From NCBI GenBank assembly GCA_963817955.1, contig CAWFQK010000001.1, forward strand, positions 32,001 to 96,000: a stretch of 64,000 bases of DNA, read 5' to 3'. Shown here one piece after another: positions 9,193 to 19,311 of this stretch. The translations under genes were made by a program, and so were the position numbers. The stretch is from an uncultured Gemmatimonadaceae bacterium (GTDB lineage Bacteria > Gemmatimonadota > Gemmatimonadetes > Gemmatimonadales > Gemmatimonadaceae). Under the pieces are notes generated by a model, which ran no database searches, was not told where the DNA came from, and saw only the letters and a list, made by a program, of their open reading frames with translations. Each line of letters opens with the position of its first letter. The first letter of the stretch is position 1.

Positions 9193-10410
9193 TCAGACGG
9201 GCGCCCGCAGTCCCCGCGTCGCCAGGATTCGCCCGACTACGTCGCCGATCATGTTGTTCGGCGTACTCGCACCGGCGGTGACGCCGATGCGCACCGGACC
9301 GGCCGGCAGCCAGTGGGCTGCGTCGGTCTCCACGTGCTTGATCAGGGAGGCGCGGAAATGGATGGACTTCGCGTCGGGATCAATTGCCGACGAATTCTCG
9401 ATGTGGTACGTCGGCACCTCGCCGGCACACAGCGCGGCAAGTGAGATGGTGTTGCTCGAATTGAATCCGCCGATCACGACCATGACGTCGACGCCTTCAC
9501 CGAGCAGCTCGCGTACGGCGTCCTGCCGCTCCTGTGTGGCGCTACAGATGGTATCGAAACTACGAAAGCTCGTCGCGCGTGCCTCTTCCCCGCGCGCCTT
9601 GGCGATCGACGCTCCGATCTGCTCGGCGATCGCCAACGACTCGCGCGCCAGCATGGTCGTTTGATTGGCGACGCCAATTCGCTGGAGGTGCTTGGCAGGA
9701 TCAAATCCCGGCGATACGGCCTTCGCGAAGGTCGTCATCAGCGACTCGGCGGGCAAGCGACCTTCGATGTAGTCACAGACGAGCAGCGCTTCGTCCATGT
9801 TGCGCACCACGAGGTAGTGCCCCTCGGGATATTTCTGCACCTGCGATGCCGTGGCGCGCGTCTCCTCGTGGTAGTACTTGCCATGGATCACGGCCGTGAA
9901 GCCGTCGCGCGCGTAGCTGTCCACGCGCTTCCAGACATTGAGCACCGACCCACAGGTCGTATCCACGAGCACGGATCCGATCGTGCGTAGCGCCGAGAAG
10001 TCCTCGATCGTCACGCCGAACGCGGGCATGATCACCACGTCTTCGGGCGAAATGCCACTGAAGTCGAAGGCGCCCATCGGGTCGTCCTTCGACAGGATGG
10101 TGACGCCCATTTCCTTCAAGCGATCGTTGACGTGCGGGTTATGGATGATCTCGCCAACGAGGAAGATGCGCCGGTCGGGGAACTTGCGCCGCGTCTGGTA
10201 TGCGTACTCGACCGCGCGCTCGACGCCATAACAGAAGCCGAATTCCCGCGCCATGCGGATCGTGACGTCCCCGACGGTGAGGGTGTGGTCGTTCGACCGA
10301 AGGAAATCGACTATCCGTCCATCATAATCGGCTGCCAAGTCGTCCTGAACGGCGGACTGGAGCCCGAAACCCTTTCGGAAATAAGTAGATGGCTCTCTTG
10401 GCGACGTCAT
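9193..10410 (-). CDS. ispH: 4-hydroxy-3-methylbut-2-enyl diphosphate reductase
   Basis: FGFCYGVERA, EIIHNP, DTTC, HEET, NQTT, DTICSATQERQ, SSNT, AGASTP. Confidence 0.95.
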   Translation of the reverse strand: MTSPREPSTYFRKGFGLQSAVQDDLAADYDGRIVDFLRSNDHTLTVGDVTIRMAREFGFCYGVERAVEYAYQTRRKFPDRRIFLVGEIIHNPHVNDRLKEMGVTILSKDDPMGAFDFSGISPEDVVIMPAFGVTIEDFSALRTIGSVLVDTTCGSVLNVWKRVDSYARDGFTAVIHGKYYHEETRATASQVQKYPEGHYLVVRNMDEALLVCDYIEGRLPAESLMTTFAKAVSPGFDPAKHLQRIGVANQTTMLARESLAIAEQIGASIAKARGEEARATSFRSFDTICSATQERQDAVRELLGEGVDVMVVIGGFNSSNTISLAALCAGEVPTYHIENSSAIDPDAKSIHFRASLIKHVETDAAHWLPAGPVRIGVTAGASTPNNMIGDVVGRILATRGLRAPV

Positions 10411-10447
10411 GGTTGTAAATGTAGCGGCGCTCCTGTAGGATAGCGGA

Positions 10448-12376
10448 ATGACCTCCCAATCCGAGCCGCGTCGCGCCATCGGCAGCGATGCGCTTTCAGT
10501 ACGCCTTCAGGCGGCGCTCGCCGGAGAGTACTCCATTGAATGCGAGCTCGGCCGCGGTGGAATGGGCGTCGTTTATCTGGCGCGTGAGGTGCGCCTGACG
10601 CGGGAGGTCGCCATCAAGATCCTCTTGCCCGAGGTGGCGGAACAAGCGGGCATGCGCGAACAGTTCGTTCGCGAGGCACAGACCGCGGCGCGGCTGTCGC
10701 ACCCGAACATCGTCGCGATCCATCGCGTGGACGAGGCAGACGGCATCGTCTACTTCGTCATGGCGTACATCGCCGGCGAGACGCTGGCTCATCGCGTCGC
10801 CACACGCGGCGCGCTGCCACCGCATCAGGCAGCGCGCGTGCTGCGCGACGTGGCATGGGCGCTGACGTACGCACACGCGAGTGGGATCGTGCACCGTGAC
10901 ATCAAGGCCGACAACATTCTGATCGAGCAGTCCACGGGACGCGCGGTCGTGACGGACTTCGGCATTGCGGGTGTGACGAACGCCGTTGCGCGCACCGACA
11001 ACGGCCAGATCGTTGGCAGCCCCCATTACGCCAGCCCCGAACAGATCTCCGGCCAGCCGCTGGATGCCATGAGCGATCTGTATTCCCTGGGCGTCGTGGG
11101 GTATCTGTCGCTGACCGGTCGCCTGCCCTTCGATGCGCAGACACCGCAGGACGTGTTGATGATGCATCTCAACGCCCGGCCGGCGGCGATTGCCACGCTC
11201 GCGCCCGCGGTGCCGCCCCGACTGACGCAGGTGATAGAACGGTGCCTGGCCAAGCGCCCGGAACATCGCTTCCCGAGCGCAACCGCCTTTGCCGACGCGC
11301 TGGACCAAGCGGTCGATCCGCCGCGTGAAATCCCCGCGCCACTTCGCGTCTGGCTCGCGCGCACGAATCGGAACCCCCGCGCAGAGCTGATCGCGGGCGC
11401 TTTCCTCACATTGACGATAGGCGTGCCGTTGGCAACAGAGGGGGGCAACCCCTGGGCTGGACTGGCGGTCTCCCTGGCCTCGATTGTTGGCCTCGGCATC
11501 CTCCCGTCGGTGGCGCGGATGCGGCGCGTCGTAAAGGCTGGTTATGAGATCGACGATGTGCGCGTGGCTGTGCGCGAGTTCTGGATGAGGCGACGTGAAG
11601 AAGTCATGTACGAGCTGCAGGAGCGGCCGCGCGCCTTTGGACCACATGGCCTCCGATATCTTTTTGGCGCAAGTGCGCTGGGAGCGGTCGCGTTTTGGGC
11701 ACTCGCAAACGAGGGTAGAGTGTTCCCGCTGGTCGCCGCCATCACGTGCGGAGCGGCTGCCGTCGGCTCCGGCTTGTTGGCGATCGCCGATTCGCAGCGC
11801 GCCTGGCGCATCCACAGTATCGGCGGCGCGCAACTCAAGTTCTACGGCGGCAAGTGGGGTGAACGCTTGGTCCGCGTGGCCGGTTGGGGCGTGAAGAACA
11901 AGGGCAAGGCGTCCTCGCTGCCGCAACTCACCGAGGTCGCGCTCGGACGCGCGACCGATGCGCTGTACAACGCATTGCCAAAGGCTCTCCGCAAGCAGCT
12001 CAAGTCGCTGCCAAATACCGTGCGTCGGCTCGAAGTGGATGCACAGAAACTCCGCACGCAGATCGACCATCTCGACGAATCAATGGTTTCGCTCCAAGGC
12101 GACGCCGGCTCGGACGCGCGCGATCGCCTGCTCGCCGATCTGCGCCTGACGCGGGAGCGCGGGAGCGACCGTCTTTCAGCCACCGTCGCGGCACTCGAGA
12201 ACATCCGGCTGGATCTGATGCGGTTGCAGCTCGGCAACGGCCACATCCAATCCGTCACCGCATCGCTCGAATCGGCGCAGCAAGTGGCCGCCGATCTCGG
12301 TGCGTATGTCGATGCGGCACGCGAAGTGGAGGATCTCCTCGGTGCCGGCCCGTCTCCGGCGGCAGATCCCGCGTGA
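10448..12376 (+). CDS. Hanks-type Ser/Thr protein kinase with TM segments and C-terminal helical domain
   Basis: ELGRGGMGVV, VAIK, HRDIKADN, DFG, YASPEQ; four hydrophobic segments follow the kinase domain. Confidence 0.93.
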   Translation: MTSQSEPRRAIGSDALSVRLQAALAGEYSIECELGRGGMGVVYLAREVRLTREVAIKILLPEVAEQAGMREQFVREAQTAARLSHPNIVAIHRVDEADGIVYFVMAYIAGETLAHRVATRGALPPHQAARVLRDVAWALTYAHASGIVHRDIKADNILIEQSTGRAVVTDFGIAGVTNAVARTDNGQIVGSPHYASPEQISGQPLDAMSDLYSLGVVGYLSLTGRLPFDAQTPQDVLMMHLNARPAAIATLAPAVPPRLTQVIERCLAKRPEHRFPSATAFADALDQAVDPPREIPAPLRVWLARTNRNPRAELIAGAFLTLTIGVPLATEGGNPWAGLAVSLASIVGLGILPSVARMRRVVKAGYEIDDVRVAVREFWMRRREEVMYELQERPRAFGPHGLRYLFGASALGAVAFWALANEGRVFPLVAAITCGAAAVGSGLLAIADSQRAWRIHSIGGAQLKFYGGKWGERLVRVAGWGVKNKGKASSLPQLTEVALGRATDALYNALPKALRKQLKSLPNTVRRLEVDAQKLRTQIDHLDESMVSLQGDAGSDARDRLLADLRLTRERGSDRLSATVAALENIRLDLMRLQLGNGHIQSVTASLESAQQVAADLGAYVDAAREVEDLLGAGPSPAADPA

Positions 12377-13311
12377 CCACACCGCTCCTCCGACCACCGG
12401 CCATCGTGAAGGGCGACTCCATTGGCATCGTGTCGCCCTCCTACGCGCCGAAGCACGCCTGGCTTCAGCGGGGCATCAGCGCACTCGAGCGCGCGGGCTT
12501 CAACGTGCTCCTCGATCCCAATATCGAAAAGTCGCCGCGCTTCAAACGCGTCGAGGACAAACGGCGCGCCGAGCAGCTCATGGCCATGTGGCTCAACCCA
12601 CAGGTGAAGGCGATCATCGCCAGCACCGGCGGGTACGGCGCCGTTCGCCTGCTGCCGCATCTCGATCCCGCGGTGTTCCGCAACAATCCCAAGTCGTTCG
12701 TGGGCTACTCGGACATCACCGCGCTGCATCTGTGGCTCATGCGCCTCGCCAATCTGCGCAGCTTCCATGGCCCCACCGTGGACGATCTCATTCCGAGCAT
12801 GCGCGATCCCACAATGGTGTCGTTGCTTGCTGCCCTCACGACGCCCTGTCCGACGCAGAAGATCGGCCGCGAGCTGTCGCGCGGCGTCGTGCCGGGACGC
12901 GCCACGGGTCGCTTGGTGGGCGGCAATCTCTCGCTGGTGCAGCAGACGATCGGTACGTCGTACCAGGTGGAGATCGACCACGCCATCCTGTTCATCGAGG
13001 AGACTCGTGACCCCATGTCGGTGGTGGACGAGCGTCTGGTACACATGCGCGCCGCGGGATTGCTCGAGCGCGTCTCGGGGATCGTCTTCGGTCAGCTCTC
13101 GCTCGATCGCTCGGAGGAAGACGAATTCGAGGATTTTCTACTCGACCTCATCTCCGATCTGCACGTGCCCGTGCTCATGGACTTTCCAGCCGGTCATGAA
13201 AACCCTAATCTGACGCTGCCCATCGGCACCGAGGTGGAGTTGGTCGTCGAAGAGCAGCGGGGCTGGATCGTCTATCGCGAAGACGCGTTGAGTGCTCCGG
13301 TGGGTGTGTAG
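12373..13311 (+). CDS. LD-carboxypeptidase (peptidase S66)
   Basis: GGYG, GYSDITAL, HGP, GGNL, FIEE, PAGH. GTG start overlaps the kinase stop. Confidence 0.9.
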   Translation: MTTPLLRPPAIVKGDSIGIVSPSYAPKHAWLQRGISALERAGFNVLLDPNIEKSPRFKRVEDKRRAEQLMAMWLNPQVKAIIASTGGYGAVRLLPHLDPAVFRNNPKSFVGYSDITALHLWLMRLANLRSFHGPTVDDLIPSMRDPTMVSLLAALTTPCPTQKIGRELSRGVVPGRATGRLVGGNLSLVQQTIGTSYQVEIDHAILFIEETRDPMSVVDERLVHMRAAGLLERVSGIVFGQLSLDRSEEDEFEDFLLDLISDLHVPVLMDFPAGHENPNLTLPIGTEVELVVEEQRGWIVYREDALSAPVGV

Positions 13312-13345
13312 CGATGGTCGCCCTCCTTCTGCTGTCGCCGCCGCT

Positions 13346-14806
13346 ATGAGCGAGGCATACGATCTGGTCGTGATCGGCGCCGGGCCCGCGGGCGAGAAGG
13401 GCGCAGCGCAAGCTGCCTACTTCGGGAAGCGTGTCTGCATCATCGAGCGCGCGCCCAGACCCGGCGGCGCCGCGATCAACACCGGCACCGTCCCATCCAA
13501 GACCCTGCGCGAAACGGCGCTCTACTTCTCGGGTCTGCGCCAACGCGGCCTGTACGGCGTCGATTATCACGTCAAGCGCAATATCACGATTAGCGACTTC
13601 ATGTTCCGCGAGCGCTCGGTGATCGACGCCGAGTGGAAGCTGATCGACGAGAACATCCGCACGCACGGCATTGCGCAGATCCAGGGCTCGGCAAGGTTCA
13701 TCGACCAGCAAACTGTGGAGGTCGCGCGCTACGGGACCGAGCCGCGGCAGATAACAGGCCAGGCGTTTCTCATCGCCACAGGATCGGCGCCGTTGCGGCC
13801 GCAAGGGGTCGTTGTGGACGGTAGCGTGATCGTGGACAGCGACTCGTTGCTCCGACTCGAGAAGATTCCGGCGTCGATGATCGTCGTGGGCGGGGGCGTG
13901 GTCGGATGCGAGTACGCGTGCATCTTCGCCGCACTCGGCGTGCACGTGTCGATCATCACGTCTCGCCCGCGACTGTTGGCGCATCTCGACGCCGAGGTCA
14001 GCGACGCGCTACGACAGCAGATGACGTCGCGGCTCGGCGTTCAGGTGCACGTCGGCACCGATATCGCCCAACTGGCGGTGGAGAATGGGCGCGCCGTGAT
14101 CACGCTCGCCGGCGGCGATCAACTGAACGGCGATTGCGCGCTGTACTGCGCGGGACGCACTGGCGCATCGAACGGACTTGGTCTGACAGAACTTGGTGTC
14201 CACACCAATTCGCGCGGCTTCATCGAAGTCGATGAGCATTATCGCACCGCCGTGCCGGGGATCTACGCGGCCGGCGACGTGGTCGGCTTCCCGACGCTTG
14301 CGTCCACGTCCATGGAACAGGCACGCGTTGCGATCTGTCACGCCTTCGATCTGCGGTACAAGCAGGCAATGGCGAACGTGATTCCCTACGCCGTCTACAC
14401 GATCCCGGAGATTGCCACGGTCGGCATGACGGAAGAGCAGCTCAGAAGCAGAGGCATCGATTACGAGATCGGCCGCGCGTCGTTCCGCAACAACGCACGC
14501 GGCCAGATCATTGGAGATCTCGACGGATTCGTGAAGCTGCTGTTCCGGTCCGAGGATCAGAGCCTGTTGGGCGCATCGATCGTCGGCGAGTCCGCGGCCG
14601 AATTGATCCACGTCGCGATGGCCTGCCTGTCGTTCGGCGGAACGATCGACTTCTTCATACAAAGCGTATTCAACTATCCATCGCTCTCAGAGACGTACAA
14701 GTACGCGGCGTACGACGGACTGCAGGCGCTGGCGCGCCGTCACGCCAGGCAGCCGGGGCTGCCGAGCGAGGACAGGCACAATGTGGATTGGACTCCGGAT
14801 CTCTGA
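13346..14806 (+). CDS. sthA: soluble pyridine nucleotide transhydrogenase
   Basis: GAGPAG, NTGTVPSKTLRE, GGGVVGCEYA, VFNYPSLSETYKYAAYDGL. Confidence 0.93.
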   Translation: MSEAYDLVVIGAGPAGEKGAAQAAYFGKRVCIIERAPRPGGAAINTGTVPSKTLRETALYFSGLRQRGLYGVDYHVKRNITISDFMFRERSVIDAEWKLIDENIRTHGIAQIQGSARFIDQQTVEVARYGTEPRQITGQAFLIATGSAPLRPQGVVVDGSVIVDSDSLLRLEKIPASMIVVGGGVVGCEYACIFAALGVHVSIITSRPRLLAHLDAEVSDALRQQMTSRLGVQVHVGTDIAQLAVENGRAVITLAGGDQLNGDCALYCAGRTGASNGLGLTELGVHTNSRGFIEVDEHYRTAVPGIYAAGDVVGFPTLASTSMEQARVAICHAFDLRYKQAMANVIPYAVYTIPEIATVGMTEEQLRSRGIDYEIGRASFRNNARGQIIGDLDGFVKLLFRSEDQSLLGASIVGESAAELIHVAMACLSFGGTIDFFIQSVFNYPSLSETYKYAAYDGLQALARRHARQPGLPSEDRHNVDWTPDL

Positions 14807-14835
14807 CTGGCCGGATGTCGCCGGCTGCGCCGTAG

Positions 14836-15402
14836 TCAGTACAGCTCCTCAGACAGAAACGGCGCCAGCGCGTAGCTGACGAGCACTTCGTACGCGCGCT
14901 GCCGGTCGACGAGTCCGCGGGTGAGAATGCCGACCGCGCCCTTGCCGCGTTTCGTGTCATGCTCGCCGATCAGGCGATCCATTGCATGGCCGAGTTCCAT
15001 GCCACCGCGAATCAGCCCGGCGACGGCCGGCGGGAGCGGGACGCACAGGGATCCACCTACCCCTTGGCGTCCGTCGCGCGACACGATTGCGGCCCAGGCA
15101 CAGGTGCGCATCGAACCATCGGGCTGCTCCACGACGCCACCTTCAATGCCGACGCCGAGGTCCGCGTCGAGGGCTTCGCGTGCAGCGATGGCGCGGGCGA
15201 GTGCGCCTCGGATCGTTTGCTCGTCACCAACCGGTTGCTCCGGTACACCCGACGCGACGTTCAGGCCCTGGACCACGGCCAGCGGCGCGACGGCGCCGAG
15301 CACGGCGCGCACCGCGCCAATCTTCACCGGGTTGGTGGAACCCACTACGATCGTCTTGTGCGATGCGAGCGGCGGTGGCGGAACGTCAGCAGTCACAATC
15401 AA
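14836..15402 (-). CDS. yjjX: inosine/xanthosine triphosphatase (YjjX family)
   Basis: VGSTNPVKI, SGVPEQP, GVGIEGG, ELGHAMD, GAVGILT. Start is TTG 15402 or GTG 15396. Confidence 0.88.
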   Translation of the reverse strand: MIVTADVPPPPLASHKTIVVGSTNPVKIGAVRAVLGAVAPLAVVQGLNVASGVPEQPVGDEQTIRGALARAIAAREALDADLGVGIEGGVVEQPDGSMRTCAWAAIVSRDGRQGVGGSLCVPLPPAVAGLIRGGMELGHAMDRLIGEHDTKRGKGAVGILTRGLVDRQRAYEVLVSYALAPFLSEELY

Positions 15403-15570
15403 TAAGTATCGTTTCGTTCACAATTCACGTTGCGACGGGCGAGAAATGTACCTCGCGTCGTCACACTCCGTTAGATGGCGACGTAAGAACCGTAAACGGT
15501 CGTGCCGCCGCCGGCTTCGCTTGCTGCGAGTCCGTCCGCGAGATATGCTTGACGTCCCTTGTCGAACACG

Positions 15571-16236
15571 ATGCTGACGATCACTCCGTCCTCCGACTCC
15601 GCCGCGGTACCACTCGCCGGTTCCCATTCGACGACCGACCAGTCGCCGTTTGTGTTCATCGGAGAACGCCTCTGGCTGGATTTCGTAAACTGTGAATACG
15701 GGCTGCGTCGCCGGGACGCGCTGAATGATTTCGAGACGCTCGTGCGCTGGCTCGAGGTCGCCGGGGTGCTCGACGTGGATCGCGCCAGTGGAATCCGCCG
15801 GAGGGCCGAGCAGCAGCCGGCTGGTGCAGGAGTGGCGCTCATCGAAGCACGGCGCGTGCGCACCGCCCTTCGGTCGCTCGCCGAGCGCGGCCCAATGAGC
15901 GAGCGGATGCGCAACGAAGGACTCGTCGAGATCAATCGGGTGCTGGGCCGTAGCGCGGGTACGCGCCGCGTCGACCTGCGCCAGGACGGCACGTTCATCC
16001 GCTCCTTCGTACCGGTGGGCGATGCGTTCGCCGGTCTCATGATCCCCATCGTCGAGTCGGCCGCCGACGCACTCATTCTCGGCGAGCTGTCGCGCGTACA
16101 CATCTGTGCGGACCCACGCTGTCAACGCGTGTTCTTCGATGGCACCAAGAATGGACGCCGCCGCTGGTGCGACATGGCCACCTGTGGCAACCGCGCCAAG
16201 GCGGCACGCCACCGGGAGAAGCTGAAGTCGCAGTGA
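15571..16236 (+). CDS. ABATE / CGNR zinc-finger domain protein
   Basis: LDFVN, and CADPRC...RRWCDMATCGNRAKA. Confidence 0.93.
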   Translation: MLTITPSSDSAAVPLAGSHSTTDQSPFVFIGERLWLDFVNCEYGLRRRDALNDFETLVRWLEVAGVLDVDRASGIRRRAEQQPAGAGVALIEARRVRTALRSLAERGPMSERMRNEGLVEINRVLGRSAGTRRVDLRQDGTFIRSFVPVGDAFAGLMIPIVESAADALILGELSRVHICADPRCQRVFFDGTKNGRRRWCDMATCGNRAKAARHREKLKSQ

Positions 16237-16748
16237 GCCCGGTTGTCGAAGTCCTGCGGACCTACCTCGAGCTGCGCTCGCTCGATCAACTCCACGGTAC
16301 GCCCGCCCGCGACGACATCCGATTCGTGCAGCGCGTTGGCATTTCCGTAACGGAATACCGGCGGCTCTATCTGCTGGTCGGCGACCAGTGGTATTGGCAC
16401 GATCGCAATCGCTGGTCAGACGATAAGCTCGCGGCGTATCTGGCTGATCCCAGTGTCTCTGTCTGGGAGGCGCTGGTCGGCGACGACAGTGCTGGCTATT
16501 TCGAGATTCAGCGCGACAGCGACGACTCGGCGGAGATCGCGTACTTCGGCCTTGCGAGCGAGTTCATTGGCCGCGGACTCGGCAAGGTCATGCTGGCACG
16601 GGCCGTTGAAGAGGCATTCGCGCTGGGCGTGCCGCGCGTCTGGCTGCACACGTGTACACTCGACTCTCCGCACGCACTACCGAACTACCTGGCGCGAGGG
16701 TTCGAGCCGTTCAGGCAGGAGACGTTCGTGGTGCAGCTTCCGGAGTGA
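16233..16748 (+). CDS. GNAT family N-acetyltransferase
   Basis: YFGL...FIGRGLGK, WLHTCTLD, NYLARGF; GTGA overlap with the upstream gene. Confidence 0.9.
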   Translation: MSPVVEVLRTYLELRSLDQLHGTPARDDIRFVQRVGISVTEYRRLYLLVGDQWYWHDRNRWSDDKLAAYLADPSVSVWEALVGDDSAGYFEIQRDSDDSAEIAYFGLASEFIGRGLGKVMLARAVEEAFALGVPRVWLHTCTLDSPHALPNYLARGFEPFRQETFVVQLPE

Positions 16749-16875
16749 TCGGGGGCAGCGGTTGGGGCTACGCAACATCCAATGTGCGACTTCACATGTC
16801 GTCGGTGCTACGCTGCAAGCGTCGCGGTTGTTTTGCGCGCTTCCGCAGCGTATAGTGACCACCTCTTGCCGTTAG

Positions 16876-17340
16876 ATGTCACCAGATGATCGTGCGATGG
16901 CAGAAACTCCATTCGGTTTCAATCCCCAATCGGACGCGGGCTCCGGCGACGCGCTCTTGCAGCTTCGTCGCGAGGATGTCGCCGCCCTCGCCGCGGTCTA
17001 CCTCCGGGATAGTCGTGCCCCGCGCCAATGGGCGGGAGTTGCTGCCGGTCTTGGCGGCCTTGCTCTTGGTCCGCTCCTCATGACGCTGGGCGCGCATCTG
17101 GGATGGCCGGCCACCCTTGAGCCGTATTTCTTCTTTGGCGGCTGGGCGATCATGCTGACTTGCGGAGTAGCCGTCTGGCGGCGGGAACGGGTGCTACGCT
17201 TGCGCTACCGGTTTCAGTGCCCGTCGTGCGATACCGCACTTCTCAACGGCATCCGCGACCAAGCCGGGCTCGCACGTGTTGAGTTGATCATCGCCACAAG
17301 CACGTGCCCGCATTGTGGTTCACGGATTCTCGCGCCGTGA
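16876..17340 (+). CDS. hypothetical membrane protein, 2 TM plus CxxC...CxxC zinc ribbon (gene cassette)
   Basis: Two hydrophobic segments, CPSC and CPHC; flanked by GTTAGATGTCAC / GTGACATCTAAC. Confidence 0.7.
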   Translation: MSPDDRAMAETPFGFNPQSDAGSGDALLQLRREDVAALAAVYLRDSRAPRQWAGVAAGLGGLALGPLLMTLGAHLGWPATLEPYFFFGGWAIMLTCGVAVWRRERVLRLRYRFQCPSCDTALLNGIRDQAGLARVELIIATSTCPHCGSRILAP

Positions 17341-17341
17341 C

Positions 17342-17535
17342 ATCTAACGAGGATGTAGAATTGGTCCCATCGCTAGTTCTGCGATCGCGATGTTGAAAAC
17401 TCGACGTCGCCCGAAGCTACAGGATCGACGATCCTCACCTCGGGAATGATCTGACGACAGCCAAATTCGGAGGTCGCGGAATGGTGGGGACATATTCTAC
17501 ATCGTCAACATACGCTGAAGCCGACCGCGTTAGAC
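17342..17535 (+). repeat. attC-like site
   Basis: ATCTAAC directly after the stop codon, internal GATGTAGAAT/ATTCTACATC pairing, and GTTAGAC at 17529. Longer than a typical attC, possibly chimeric. Confidence 0.65.
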
Positions 17536-17589
17536 AACACTCCAAGCATCGCGACAACGAAGGGACTGCCGGGCCGAGGCCCTCTCTCG

Positions 17590-18042
17590 ATGACCGTTGA
17601 GCGCATTGAAGGCGAGGCGATCCAAGCGCTGCTCCCCCACCGCTATCCGTTCCTTCTCGTTGACCGCATCGATGTCATCGAGCGCGGCCGGCATGTCGTC
17701 GGATCGAAACAACTCTCGGCTGGGGAGTGGTGGTGCGCGGGAGCAGCGCAGACTTCCATCTTTCCATTCGGTTTGGTCGTCGAGGCGCTCGCGCAGACGA
17801 GCGGCGCAATCGTCCGGGATCTAACCGATGGCGAGGGCGGCGCCATTGCTTACTTCATGGGCGCGAACCGCGTTCGGCTACGCCGACCTGCGCATCCGGG
17901 CGAGGAACTCACGATGACCGTTGTCCTTCGTCAGTGGCGTCGCGGACTCTGTCGCGCATATGGTGAGGCAACCGTTCATGGCCACCTCGTGGCGGCCGCG
18001 ACACTGACAACGATGGTGCGCGTGTTGTCCGACGAAGGCTGA
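17590..18042 (+). CDS. FabA/FabZ-like hotdog-fold dehydratase (gene cassette)
   Basis: LLPHRYPFLLVDRI, VEALAQ, PAHPGEEL; lacks the usual HFP motif. Confidence 0.8.
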   Translation: MTVERIEGEAIQALLPHRYPFLLVDRIDVIERGRHVVGSKQLSAGEWWCAGAAQTSIFPFGLVVEALAQTSGAIVRDLTDGEGGAIAYFMGANRVRLRRPAHPGEELTMTVVLRQWRRGLCRAYGEATVHGHLVAAATLTTMVRVLSDEG

Positions 18043-18120
18043 ACTTGTCGAGCGATTTATGGAAGCTCGCTACGCTCGCATTCAATTGAGCTCGCTTGCG
18101 AGTTAGCTCGGGCGTCAGGC
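18027..18120 (+). repeat. degenerate attC site (94 bp)
   Basis: R''-like GTCCGAC, inner TCGAGCGA/TCGCTTGC pairing, tail GTTAGCTCGGGCGTCAGGC. Confidence 0.6.
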
Positions 18121-18155
18121 ACCTACCAATACTTCAATCGCGATTGGAGATCCTG

Positions 18156-19071
18156 TTGCGTCGAGGTCGTACGGCCTTGCTCGTCCTGCTCTGGACTGCC
18201 GTACAGTTGGGCTGTCGGGCGGGCCACCTAAACAACAGCAGCGGTCTGCCGGCTGGCGAGGCGCCATCCTACCGCATCGACAGCGGGTCGGTGCGCGTCA
18301 ATGGCACGCGTCTCTTCTACGAGGCAGCCGGGAGCGGATCGGTCGTCGTCCTCCTTCACGGCGGGAACCTCGACCGCCGCATGTGGGACCCGCAGTTCCT
18401 GCCGCTCGCGCGCGAGCACCGGGTCATCCGCTACGACCTGCGCGGCTACGGGAAGTCGGGACCGGCGGACGCGCCCTTCCAGCCACGAAGACCTGCGCGC
18501 CCTGCTCGAAGCCCTCGGCGTCGTGCGCGCGTCCCTCGTCGGCCTCTCGGGTGGTGGGCGCATCGCCATCGACTTCGCGCTGGCCCACCCGGAGATGGTG
18601 AATCGCCTGGTGCTGGCCGCGCCCGGGCTCAGCGGCTGGCAGTACTCCACGAGTGACACGGCGTATTTCCCGGAGGCACGGCGCGCGCGCGACCGCGGCG
18701 ACGCGGCGGGCCTAGGTCTCGCATGGCTCGGGAGCGCCTATCTGCTGCCCGCGATGGAGCACCCCGAGCTGGTGTGGCGGCTCCGGGAAATGGCGGCCGA
18801 CAACGGCGGGAACTGGATGGGCCTATTGAAGCACGGCGACCTCGAGCGCGTCGCCGACCCGTCTGCGCTCCATCAGACGGCCATGCTTCGGGCGCCGACC
18901 CTGCTCGTGGTCGGCACCCGGGACGTGCCAGACATTCAGGCCATCGCCGACACCCTGACGGCCCACGTCCCCGGTTTGCGGCGCGAGACCTTCGTCGGAG
19001 TCGGGCACCTCGTGAACATGGAGCAGCCCGAGCGCTTCACGACGCTGGTCCTTGACTTCCTGCGCCGGTAG
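18156..19071 (+). pseudogene. alpha/beta hydrolase with lipoprotein-like signal, frameshifted near 18480
   Basis: N-terminal part ([15 protein letters not shown]) is in the frame of ORF 18096. C-terminal part (GLSGGG, GHLVNMEQP) is in the frame of ORF 18301. Could be a real lesion or a read error. Confidence 0.75.
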
Positions 19072-19267
19072 CTGCCTCCCAGGAGGCGTCATCTGTCACG
19101 TCCGTTAGAAAAGACTCGTTGAGGGGCACGATCAATAACACGGCCCCTCGCTGTTACATCTCCCGCCACCATTCCCACGTCGAGCGTCTGGAGCACGCGG
19201 GCCGGCATGGTCCGCACGCGCCTTGATTTGACTCGTTCGCAGCTGAACTCGGGCGCGAGCTAGCCGC

Positions 19268-19306
19268 ATAGTAACGCTTGACGTTATGGTCGCGACGCGT
19301 TACTAT
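19268..19306 (+). promoter_or_regulatory. higBA sigma70 promoter with overlapping palindromic operator
   Basis: TTGACG (19278)-17 bp-TACTAT (19301); perfect inverted repeat ATAGTAACGC / GCGTTACTAT. Confidence 0.8.
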
Positions 19307-19311
19307 TCGTT

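Noticed and set aside
15470..15500. GTTAGAT core and AACCGTAAACGGTC palindrome between yjjX and the CGNR gene
   Set aside because: There is no partner RYYYAAC or attC fold, and the palindrome is too short to call an operator.
18470..18490. Hydrolase frameshift as a regulatory event
   Set aside because: No homopolymer or slippery motif is present. It cannot be told apart from cassette decay or sequencing error without reads.
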